Origin: Phoronis australis
Taxonomy: Eukaryota > Animalia > Phoronida
Assembly: GCA_002633005.1 (NCBI GenBank)
Contig: NMRA01000743.1
Span: forward strand, 106,245 to 170,244
Reading direction: 5' to 3'
Length of the DNA stretch: 64,000 nucleotides
Both the position numbers and the translations under genes were made by a program. Numbering within the stretch: position 1 is the stretch's first letter; every line of letters begins with the position of its first letter. Of this stretch, positions 26,085 to 38,400 are shown piece after piece. The notes under the pieces were generated by a model. The model worked only from the letters and a program-made list of their open reading frames with translations, had not been told where the DNA came from and made no database searches.

Positions 26085-26392
26085 AAATGTGACGTATTTT
26101 TTACAAAATTTACGCTAATTATATCCGAAACTAATTCATAAATGATATTTTCAATTCACAATTCAGTGAAACACGGAAGTGCCTGAGTACGCACTTGTCC
26201 AAGGTGAAAAGATATAGGGCTCAAAAGTTATCTAATTTCAAGTATCAAAATACATTGGATTTATATTACTTTACATTTGATAACTATATTATTACTTTTT
26301 AAATCTGTCTGTTTCTTTGTCGTGTTTAATCACCATATTTTGTCAAAAATGTTGCATTTCTTACACGAAAGAAAGTAGTCCACACCGGAATA
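26085..26392. promoter_or_regulatory. Probable NAA25 promoter/5' UTR, possibly bidirectional
   Basis: Directly upstream of the ATG; ETS-type CGGAAGTG at 26174-26181 and CRE-like TGACGT near 26090. Inferred from position only. Confidence 0.35.
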
Positions 26393-26447
26393 ATGGCCGG
26401 TCGCTCACATGTAGATGTGAGTGAAAGAAGGTTGCGGCCTGTTTATG
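26393..26447 (+). CDS. NAA25: NAA25 exon 1
   Basis: ATG GCC GGT CGC...GTT TAT G|gtaagt. Confidence 0.92.
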
Positions 26448-29400
26448 GTAAGTTTGCATCGGTTTGAGATGATTATTATCTTTGGTACTGATTTTAGCAA
26501 AGATTTGTATTTAATAACCGCAATCCCGTATTAAAAATGACTGTTAAGAGTTTAACTAGGTAAGTTTGAGCCAGTTCCACGCGTTGAGCACTGCAGTCAG
26601 AATGCAGTCTGCAGTGCAGACGCAGTGTGGACCACAGCCAGGCACCTTTGATCAGCCCTCAACTATACACTAAATAAAGAGAAAGGTACACAACTGACAT
26701 TCAATATGGCCGTCTGCCGGGCACTTCCGGAATAACCCCAAACATGTCAAATCTGAAAGTAATTTGACTCAAACATTTTATCTGCTTCAGCAACACGCAA
26801 CACGTTCATTGCTTCCGACCTTGTGTGTTTATTGATTGACATCGAAACCAATAAAAACAATTACATACCTCAAGATTTTCTTACTTCAATCGCCAACACT
26901 CACGGCAAAGCGAAGAGCGCAAGTAACTTCAGAATTTTCATCTAATGCGCATGCTCGTAAGGCCCCTCGCGACATCTTCAGAACGCTTATCATCAACTAA
27001 AAATCAGCTACATTATGAACAGAGTAAGCGAAGGGGCTCTTGACGGTAATTTGCAAATATGTCGTCCTACCTCGCATGAGGATGTCAAAAAACATGGTTG
27101 CCTCTGGCCCAGTAAGTCGACTCTTACATGTTGACGAACGATAAATTCGAAGGCCCCTTGAATTTTTGCTGTACCCAATCAGCGTTCATTCTTATAGAGT
27201 AACATATAAATAATGCTGTTTTTAGTTGATGTAAGCCTTCTGAAGATGTTGCGAGGGGTCTTACGAGCATGCGCATTAGATGAAAATTTTGAAGTTATTT
27301 GTGCTCTTCGCTTTGTCGTGAATGTTGGCAATTGAAGTAGGAAAATCTTGAGGTATGTATTGGTTTTATTGGTTTCGATGTCAGCAAATGGAAGCAATGA
27401 ACGTGTTGCTGTAGCAGATAAAATGTTTGAATCAAAGTACTTTCAGATTTGACATGTTTGGGTTATTCCGGAAGTGCCCAGCAGACGGCCATATTGAATG
27501 TCAGTTGTGTACCTTTCTCTTTATTATAGTATATGGTCGAGGGCTACTTAAAGGTGCCTGTGGTGTGGACAGTGACCACCGTCTCTAGCTGGACTAGAGG
27601 CGATGAGCCTCTGATCGTCCCCAATACACTATGTATAATACTGCAAGGTATGACACTTGGGACAAGTTATGCGTAAAATATCTGCCTTTCTTCGTAATTT
27701 CTTAAAAAATAAAAGAATATACATGTGCTGCATATCAAGAGATTGGTATGTATTGTGTGCAATTTGCATCCATTTCTACAGAGATATAGACCTAATTCAC
27801 GCGGACAGGAGGCGCGTTCCAAAACAAGGCTCGCTACGATAGCTCTGTTAGCTTATAGGCAAACTGGTTGTATTCTGCGTTGCTCGAACGGCTAGAAGAA
27901 TTACGGAAACTTAACTGTCTGTTTTACAATCCCTGAGGACGTTGAGATTCGGAAGCGTTGGGTCGTTGCCATACGCTGGGACGATGGAAAATATGTCCGT
28001 GTAAAATTTATAAATGTTTTCGAAAAGTTAGATCATATTTTGTCACGTCTCAGTTATCGAGCATCATAGCGGCAATGACCGGAGAATTTTCGGCCAGACA
28101 GGCTATGTTTTCGTGACTACGGGTTGAAAGATGATGCATTTTTCTTTCCAAAAGCGACAGGGCCCTCAATCCCTCGATTTTGGGGCCGAATATAGGCCCT
28201 ATTTCCTTCTCAAGAATATTGAAAAATCCCCCCCCCAAATTCTGCTCACAAGGACTAAAAATTCCCCTAGTGATTAAAAAGTTCTCTCCAAATTGCAAAT
28301 CACCTGTAACCACACAGGTGACAATTTGAAAGAGCACAAAATGCTATTTGAGACGGCGCTTATGAGAGCTTGCAACATTGCGGGTGTGCTATTGATGATG
28401 ATTTGGAGGTAGATTTTCCCCTCTCTCGATGAAAAAATTCCCCTCTCAGAAGACACAGGCACCTTTCCCTCGGATGAATGAGGCCCTTGAAGAAACATGT
28501 TAACAATGCTTGCTCTGTCCAGTTAACGGAAATTGAGCTCTAAAACGAGGTTATGCTTTGGACGAAAGAATTAGGTATTTTAATTTTAAAATTCAACTTA
28601 GTCCGGATTGATATTTGAAACCTAACACATGAAATAGACGTAAGAATTATTAAAACCAAGAAAGCAGACTTGATTGTCAAATAATTACTTGGGAATGTGT
28701 GCAAGGGAGTGAATGAGAACCTGGGGCTGTGCTCATTTTTTTTTCAAAATCTAAAAAATGGTCAAATTTTTATTTTCAATAACGAGTTTGTTTTTATTTT
28801 AATAAAAAATATACATCAGTTATTCGTTTAGACCAATGGCACATCAGTCCCTACCTCACCAGGACCTAGGCTATGCTTGATGTTAATATTCTTGATCAAC
28901 AAATTAAACCAGATGAGACTAATTACACATCACGGCAAACTGCGATGAGCCACCATTGTTGAATATATCTTCAACTCATCAACAATACAAGCAGATGACC
29001 TGGCTCATGTAGAAAGCATTTTTATCAACAATTTACAAGAAGAAACGTAATCCTGCATTCAGCATAATACCTAATCCGTAACGCTACGATCGCCGCAATT
29101 TGGTCATATTTACTTTTCATGTTTTGAACCTAGTTTTCCAAAAAAAATTATGCCTTTTCGTCAGACAACTCTTTGGTGCATTAACTTTTTCTTCGTCTCT
29201 GTGGTTAATTATTGACACATTTTTAAGATTTAATATCCAGGTTGGACTCGAAAGACCGGCCATTTAACTCACGCAATGTCAAATTCCGCTTTGTTTATCG
29301 CGGTGAGCCTCGCTTTGGATTTTAATTTCTGCTGCGTGAATTAGGTCTATTGTTGTTTAAGCGTGTTCTTAGCGAATGGAACAGGAGCATCCACCCCACA

Positions 29401-32400
29401 GCTTAAAAGGAAAAGAACAAAGACAACACATAAGCTTAGAAATGAATACACCTGAGCTAGGAGGAAATTTCATATCACAGGATAACATTGGTGGATTTGG
29501 AGGAGGGCAAACGGGCTATGCNCCCCCCCCCAAAAACTCCCCTTTATTTCTTTTCACAGTTCGAGGGTGTAAAAATCTTACTGGTAAAATCCTGACTAAT
29601 ACTCTTCCCTGTCCCACCCTCCTAACTAAAAATCATGGATTCCCCCAGAGTACTACTACATGGGCGCCGCACCATTGCCTGATAGGGGGCTGGGGGAGGC
29701 TATACCCTCACTTTTTTCAGTGCTGCGCCGCCCATGTACTATTAGATCGTATCATGGCAAAAAACGTCAGAAAGTAGACAAAAGACCATTTGGGAAAACA
29801 AACCACTCTAAACATGATGGATTTCATCACATACACCAAAAACTCTTTGTAACAACTTTATTTTGAACGGCGAAGTTGCGCTGACATTTGTCTTCAACAT
29901 AGCCGCTCATGGCGCTGACATGCGGTGATTTAGTGAACTAACAACTGCTGTTTGAAAAGTACCAATGCGCAGCATTTTGACAGAATTTCTGAAAATGAAA
30001 TAATTATCAATTAAAAAAGTGATAAAATCTTCATCTAGAAATCAGGGGGACATATTGCCCATTTGCAAAAGCGTCAATCTCCCAACCAATCAAAATTTGG
30101 CCTTTCGGACGATCGAAAACTCGCCATGAAAACTTGACCTTGATTTCGAGAAAAGAACTTGGGAAGGTGCGCACGCATCTAAACTATATCCTGTCCAAAT
30201 TTCATGTTTGTAATTTAGAGTATAGTGCTCTCTTGGATTGGAGGATCAAGAGGCACTTTTTCGAAAGTTGATCGCACGGCAGAAAATCGTGTGCTAAAAA
30301 AGTTTACAAAAATGATTTTTCAGCGATAATTCATGTCAAAAAGATTACAAACTTACAAATAAAGACCAAGGTAACAATTTATAACAAAAAACTGTCTTTT
30401 ATTTAACTTTGAAGGCTGAAATCGGGTAATTTACCGATGTTGGTTTTACATGGAGGCAGTTATGGAGACTCGTGACCTACTTTTTGATTGTCCTCCCTAC
30501 TACAAGTACTCGCCACTATGCTCTAACAATACAGCTACCCAAGCTGGAATAAAACCCAATCGTCCCTGATGGCCCGATTGCACACTGAAAGGCTGCAAGC
30601 TTCCTCCGGCCAGCAGTGTAAATGAAACAGACATCCGAGGAACCATAAAACTGACAAATCACTAGACATCGCACAGAAAGATCAAGGACGAATGAGGCAG
30701 ACAATTGCAACATTTCTCTCCTCCCTAAAAAGCGTGGGATCCACCCAGTCTTTCAACATCATTCGGCAAATATGAAAAACATTCCAAAAATTAACAAGAT
30801 CCCCCTTACCCAAATCAAAGCCACTGCTAAGTAGACTAAGAGTGTTAGAATGATAAGGACAGTTCCCTGGAAGCAGAGAATAACACACATGCCATAGGTT
30901 AAATACTGAAGTACCAAAAAATAGGCAGCACCCCTAATTCTTTAGGATGGGGACTGTGGAGGAGTGTAGAGAATCTATAGTGAAACCTCTGATGGACTTT
31001 ATAAAGCTTATTTTATATGGCCTTAGAGTATATTTCCTTTGACCAGATCATGGCTATTGGCAGACACTTGACGCCTTTAGCCAGGGACGGCGGGTTCTTT
31101 TCCAAACTAAGAGTAGAACAATATTTTTGTGTTCGAAATGTGGAGACTTGTAAGTGACTTCATTGATCAGCTGAAGTTGCTTGAAAATTTCTGTTGATTA
31201 CCTAGTTGGCTTCTTGCTTGTACATGCTTCAAAGACGTAACACTGCAAGATAAGGTATTTTGAGGAATAGTCCATTATTTTCATGCTACGAATCATAAAT
31301 TAAGAAAGTAAGAAACTAAAACTTCGTACCTTGTTTACACTTACGGCCAAAAAACCATAGTTGGTTCTGATATCTGTTTTTTTAAAATCGGTGGTGCAGT
31401 ATTTATTTTAGTTGCTCACTTTTTAAAAAAAAACAAGTCCACCTGAGACGAGCAGAAACAATGCATGATTTTTTTAATCATCACTTGGCAAGTCATGGCA
31501 TTTTAACCCGTACTCACCCTTGCCTACGTGCCTTTGTGCAGCCTTTACAAAAAAGAAACGCAAGACCTTGACTGAAATTGATGCAGGCAGACATTTTTAG
31601 TCAATAAGCAGAGGTCTCGAAATGAGTGCAGGAGAGCTAGACACCACAACCAACTAATGCTTTTCGACTCAACAGTAACTCTTTCTGCTCCTCAGACTGT
31701 TTGGATGGTGGAAATAACAAGAAGGCTGTGCAGGAGGCTGACAAGGTGCTCAAGAAACAGAAGGACTGCTTGTGTGCCAAGGTAGGTAGGGATCTGTAGG
31801 TAGACACTCTGGGGATGACCTGGGGGTGTGTATTATAGCGCTGGTGATATGCGAGACACTCTGAAGAATTTTGACTTTCATGAAGTAGTAAGCATTGTGT
31901 GTGTTTGCCTAACAACACGGTCTTTACCCGTGTATGGAAGTCTCATGGAGAATGAAAAGGGGTAAACACTATGGAAAATGTACACCCTCATTTTGTGAGT
32001 CGAGTCGTAAGTTCATGTTGTCAAGTTATGTTGGGTAATTGTTGCTTAAGGTATATTGAGTGCTGTTTAGGTTATACTGGTATGTGACTATTACCTTGGG
32101 ACATGAGGTTTTACAGAGTGGCGAGTGTCTTACCGTTTTGATTAAATTTTTCAAATCTCAGCAAAAATCAAGTTATGTAGTAAGGCAAATTAACACTTCT
32201 CATTTACTTTGGCTTAAAGTGTGGTTGGAAATGTGTTGTTTTTGACTCAATGAACGGCTTTATTGTTACTTTTACTTTGAAGTTGGCCACTTTTGATTTG
32301 TCAATGTAATGCTTAGTATATGTATGAGTGAGAATTATATTCTGAAAAGTGGTCGTGACATGACACTCCAGTGGTGTTTTTACTGTTGTCAGACACTGGT

Positions 32401-35400
32401 AATGTTGGTGTAAGAATATCTACACAAATTCTTTGAGTATGTAGTGTTTCACAAAACAGCAAAATAACCATCATACGGTTGACTATTATCTGGTTAAAGT
32501 AGTCTGTATCTGCCAGGTATTGAAAGGTCTTGCGTTGGTCCGGCTCGGGCGACAAGCTGATGCCAACATCCTTCTAGAGGAGGTCATTGGACGCAATCCA
32601 ACTGATGACTCAACACTGTCAGCTCTGACCATATGTTTTAAAGAACTACAAACTGGTGAGTCCGGCGTAATTAGGTTTGTTTCTCTTCCAATGACTGTTT
32701 GTAAGGCCAAAAAGACAGCATAATTGGTTCTCATTTACATTTTTTTAAGTCAAATCTGTAGTGCAGTATATTTTTAGTTGCTAGTTCAAAATCAAACATC
32801 CACCTGAGACCAGCTAAAGTGATGCATGATTTTTTTACTCCAGTGTAATCAGTTTCGGGTGGGGAAGGCTGGAGTCAGTCTTGCCAGTGCTTGAAAAGTC
32901 CTCTTTTCCCCAGTGGCAATAGCAAACATGGAAATAGCTTCACACTCCAGCGCTTTCAACTCCCCATTAAAATTAACATTTATCCATCTTTTCCTCCCAG
33001 TTGAAAAGATTGTGACGGTATACGAGAATGCCCACCAGGTGTTGCCAGACAACGAGGAGATCCTGACTAGCCTTTTCATGGCTTACGTCAGAGTGGGTGA
33101 CTACCGTAAACAGCAACAGGTGGCACTGAAACTCAACAAACTGCAACCTCATAAGAACCCATACTATTTCTGGGGAGTGATGAGTGTTGTGCTTCAGGTG
33201 AGAACTGTTGGTAATTACGCATGCTTTTGGAGAAGCAAAAATCTGCAACATGGGCGCAGACCTAAACTGTGGTAAATTGACTACTAACCATTTGTCAAGC
33301 AGATTTGCGCATCGTAACTTAATTTAAATTGTGTTGACGATTGGGCTTTTCTAGCATACATGTGTATATTAGTAAGTGGAGCTTGAAATTCACATGTGGG
33401 GCGAGCGAGACAATAGTCCAACTTATGTAGGTACATGCATTCAAGTTGTCATCTTAGCCAACAGGAGTCCCCATATAAGTGAACAGTTGTGCTCTCGTTG
33501 TCTTGACATCTGTGTCTATTGGCAGTGAGGACTGTTCCTTCTGTAACACTAGCCAGTGAGCCTTCCATTATATCAATGTTTTTTAATATAACGAATCCCT
33601 TTCTATGCTTGTAAACTGACTGGTAACAAACTTGTACTCTAGGCTCAAGAGAACAGTAAATTAGCCAAGACAATTTTCCTTCCCTTGGCAAGGAAGATGA
33701 CGGAAAAATATGTCAACGATGACCGTGTAGACGCAGAAGCAGGTAAGAAAGTTTGAAATTTCAGTAATGTTATAAAAGAGATAGTCTGAGCTTAAATATG
33801 GCATTATCAAGCGGTCCAAGATTTTATATGGTGTGGACATAAAAGTCCCATGACCTGTTTCATGAAAAGTGACTGATGACTTGTCATAAATTTGGTCGTA
33901 GCCCCCAGCTGCTGTTTCTGAAAAATAATTTCAGCAGTATACAAAGTCTAAGAATATTATCATAATTACTAATTACTCGGATGAATTAGTATACCTTTTT
34001 TCCAAAACTGTGATGTGCTGATAATTACATTGAAAGAGGTCATTCAATAATGGGGAAGTGTCTTCAGTCATAAGTCACTTCGTGAAATGGGACCCTGGTT
34101 TAAAGTTGCTGAACTCGAGTTTCACAAATAAGACTGCTTAAGTTGAGATTAAACAAAATTTTCCCAAGTTATACATTGAAACGAATGGTGTTCTTTAATC
34201 TGTGTACAAAAATCTTTCATATTCTAACAATCGTCATGGGAAATTTTAATAATGGTCCCTGGAAAAATCTGCTATTGTTAGAAAATGTTAGGAAATCTGG
34301 CTTCAGGGATTTTTGTACTCTGACCAAGGATAATGATTTGTTTTGATGTATAACAGAGTGTTATTTGCCAAACCCAGGTCCAGCAACTTTAAAGTGCATT
34401 GACTTTTTACTAATCACGAAATCTGTTACATGTGGATGCCAGAGCAGAGGTTTGTCACTTTTGCCATTTGTTGTTTCATGTAGTTCAAGCAAAAGTTTTT
34501 CTCGTGGTCTACTGTGAATGTCGCATCCTCTATCTGCGAAAAGACCTGTGTGCGTGCAAGCGTGTGTGCGTGCGTCAAACCAGCTCGCGGGCAATTGGTT
34601 TTGGCTACTTTAAGCAGGGATATTTTACCGTCAGTAGAAAAAAATTACACTTAGAAGACACAGACACCTTTCCACTCAGGTGTACAAGGGCCATGGCTTC
34701 TAGATTGACATTTGCACTGTAGCTGTTCAGATATAGGCTGGAGAGAGACAATTCAGTAGCCAAGGCTGTGTTGCATAAGACTAGCATTTCCAGTAGCCAA
34801 ATGTAGTACTTGCAAAATTCACCAATTTAAGGAATTTTCAAAAGCCGATGCTTGAACATCCTGGTATGTGAGTTGACTTATCCAGAATTCAAGAACTACC
34901 ACATAGGTGATCATCTGGTCAGTGAGCTGTCAGTTGATATTGGATAAATGCTACCTATTTATTTGTATCTGTGAAAACTTCTAGCTGCTTGAAATGCTAC
35001 AGAAATGATGTATACAGATTGTGTATCTTTTACTATGCTTTGGATGGCCAATATTGCACAATCCTTTGGGTATTTGACACCCCGCACTATTCATAAAAAG
35101 GTCAATGTCAAAAGTATAATCAATGGCAATGTGAATATGATAGTGTGATGTCAACGTCGCTGTTGTTATGTTGTTTTTGTCTAGTGTATTACCTTTGCAG
35201 TCGGACCCAAGAGAATAATTACTCTCATGAACTCTAGACTCAGTAATCACAGTGCGTTAAGTTCACTCAAAGTATGCCATGCTATTGGCCTGTTTTCGAT
35301 TAGGTTTCGTGTATAATTGTATAGTCTTAGTGACATGTAGAAATAATTCATCCTCTAGGTTGTTTTTTGTTACCTTTCAGAAGTATTCTTGTATCTGATG

Positions 35401-38400
35401 ATCTTGGACATGCTGGGTGATCATGAGACTGCTCTGAAGGTCATTCAAGGTCCATTGGCTGGTAAGTGGCCATTGCCTAGCTAGACAAACTATTGGTTAA
35501 AGGGTGTTTTAAACCTGCCTTCTGTCAAAAAACAACTTTTGATTCAAGCCACCTACCTTCATGGAAACGGTCTCTACTTGTTCCTTACTGAGATTAGAAA
35601 TGATTTCTGGACCTATAAAAGAATGGTAGTATCTGAAAGTTTCATGTGAATCTGGCCGCCATTTTGGAGCTGTGATGCTCCTGAGGTAGCCATATTTCGA
35701 CGTTTTTCGATAATCGTACATAACCTTCAGTTGTTGCTATTCCAATCCTAAATCACCACTTGTTGTGAGTGCCCTCTATTGTTCACCGCAGCCAAGATTA
35801 CCAGTAACCACAGTTTTAAGTCAGTGAAGGAGGTGGAGCTACTGACCAAGCTAGACAGGTGGCCGGACGTCAATGCGGCGTACAGGAAGTTGTTAATTGA
35901 AAGGTATGCGATCGTGTTTAGCACTCACTAGACGTTACGTAAATATTTGATTTGAAAAGTTTGCATACATATGATTTGTCAAGATTTGAGAATAATATGA
36001 TGATTGTAATTAATGCAGTGTCCTCCACAACAGAAATTTCAAAATCGACAGGAATTACTAACATTCAGGAATGTGTTCTAGAATCTGTGTCTATACTATG
36101 GGTGGTTTGTATGTTAAGTCTTGCAAAAAATGCAATGAACTTGCGCCAAAAGTCCAGAATGTCCCTGATTTGTTTAAGGAAATGACCAAGCTCCCGTCAA
36201 GGATATGTAGGACTTTATTGATAAGTTTGTGCATTTAGCTAAATAACTCCGAAACTACTTTTTAATCTTGTAAAAGTATATTTTCTAAAAGTGGAAAGGT
36301 TGCAGAATTAAATTTTTAGCTTTTTACCAATCCTATAAAATTAATTGGGTGACATGACAACCTGCACTGGCTTTTTAGTAAAATTTGCAAAACAGCAAGG
36401 TACATTGATTATTGAACAACAGTTTCAAAAACATGACCAAATTTTGTGTAATGTAAATGCTCATAAAATCTCAAACACGCTGTTACATTTTTCTAAATTA
36501 TCTTTTCATTTTCATAAAGATTTTTAGTTGTTTCATAAAAAGTCCTATTTTTGATAGTCCCTCATTCAAAAGTGGAAAATTTTTAAAGCAATTCGTGGAG
36601 AGAAGTGTATAAGTTATGATGTTTGGAAGTATCATATGAATCTGGTCAGTCATTTCTGAGATATGTCCCACAATTTGCTAAATTTGGCCATTTTTGAGAG
36701 TCCTACATAAACTTGAGGTTAAATTTATTGCTTTGGTTTTTAAACTCTGCACTAGTAATACAAACACGTCAAGGCGTTCATTACTCTGAAGCCTCAAAAC
36801 AGGTTGTGGAGAACACTGTATAGATTATAAGCAGACGGGGGTGTTTTCAGTCTCGGCTTATGAGTAAAATATTAATGATTGAATCAGTCGTCAACCTTTG
36901 GTGTGTATAAAAATCCCTCTACCTGTTGTGCCATCAATGTCAGTTGTGCAAAAACATTGGAAAGATTTTGAAATTGTAAGCGTGTGTTTGCTATTCTGCT
37001 GCCATATTTGTGCACATTGAGATTCATACATCCACGTCTGAAACTGCGCCTATATACGTATTCTGGTAATAGTCATTTAGAAGGGTCCAGCATTTTTCGA
37101 AATAGTTTTCTCCATCGAATAACAAGCACCAAACTGGTTCTCAAAATCTGGGACCCTTGTAAGTGATTACTGCCTTTGCTCATTCACATGATTTGTGAAA
37201 CATTGGAGTGAGTTTTTGAAATACCATATCAGGGTGAGATTCGCTTATCTGTAGAACAGCGATTAATGTTGATGTGATTTCAATTTTGGAACTAATTTGT
37301 TTAAAAGTGATAAGTGAAAACGCAAAAATACTTTTTTTAAAGAAATTAACATGGACTGCGGATATAAGCACTTGAGAATTGATATGCGCCTTCTTTGTGT
37401 AGCTAATCCATATACTTCAACATTCCCATCTTTTTGACCGCAGTAGTCTTCCTTAATTCCTCTCATATCTATTTACAGTCCAGATAACTGGCAGTATTAT
37501 ACACACTACTTCACTTCCTTCTTTACTTTGATGGACCAAGGATGGACCAAAGACTTCACAGATGGCGGGTAACTTCTCTTTGTGCGTGTGGATCGAAACA
37601 TGCAGTTAGTTACTTTAAACATAGAATTTGAAGAGGCGCTTGTTTCCACTTAGAAAATGAGCTTTTGTAGTTCTCTTTAATTATGTGATTATGCTTTGTT
37701 TGATACTTATTTGTTTCTGCTAAAAAAGTGTTTATGGTTTAAAACATGTGTTCTTCACATTAAAAATCGGGTGTGAAGGGACACTTATTTGTTTCTGCTC
37801 AGAAAAACAAGCGTTTGTGGTCATCCCTAATTCTGTGGTTACGCTTTGTTTGATACTCTTTGGTTTGATTCACTATGAAGACCTTTATATTTTTTGTTGT
37901 TGTTTTCAACCTACAAGGGAAAACAATTGATGGATGTTGCGACTAGTGCTTTGCTGGTAACTGGAGGTCTTAATTTTCCAAGATTGTTATTCAGGTATTG
38001 GGTCATTGTTAATAGCTCATGTTACTTGTTATATTTATTTCAGGGATCCTGTAGACTGTAAAGTCAGTTCTGTTCAGTGGTTCCTAGATGAACAGATTTC
38101 TAAAAGGGAAACCAAACATTTACTACGAGGACCTTATCTAGCTAAGATGGAGTTCTATAAACAGTTGTCTCAAAGGGAAGATAGTGCCACAGCGGACATG
38201 TGTGAGTTGATGTTCCGTGGCCTTTCTTTAAAAATTTCCGGCGCCCTTCTGCCGCAGATCATGATTGGCTGTCAATCAGTCTCGAGTTAATTGTTGCACA
38301 GGTGTCATGGTAAAATTCCTCTTTGTGGTATTCTACAAAAATTGATTCTGAAACTGTCAAGAGAAATTGGTGACATATTCAAGATGCTTTTGTTCAAGAT

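Noticed and set aside
29376-29866. 133-aa ORF spanning the N at 29522
   Set aside because: It crosses a gap in a C-run, has no recognisable motif, and no duplication flanks this N.
30480-31270. Compositionally distinct stretch in NAA25 intron 1, possibly a decayed retroelement on the minus strand
   Set aside because: Frames are interrupted and I recognise no RT, endonuclease or integrase motif; it needs a translated search.
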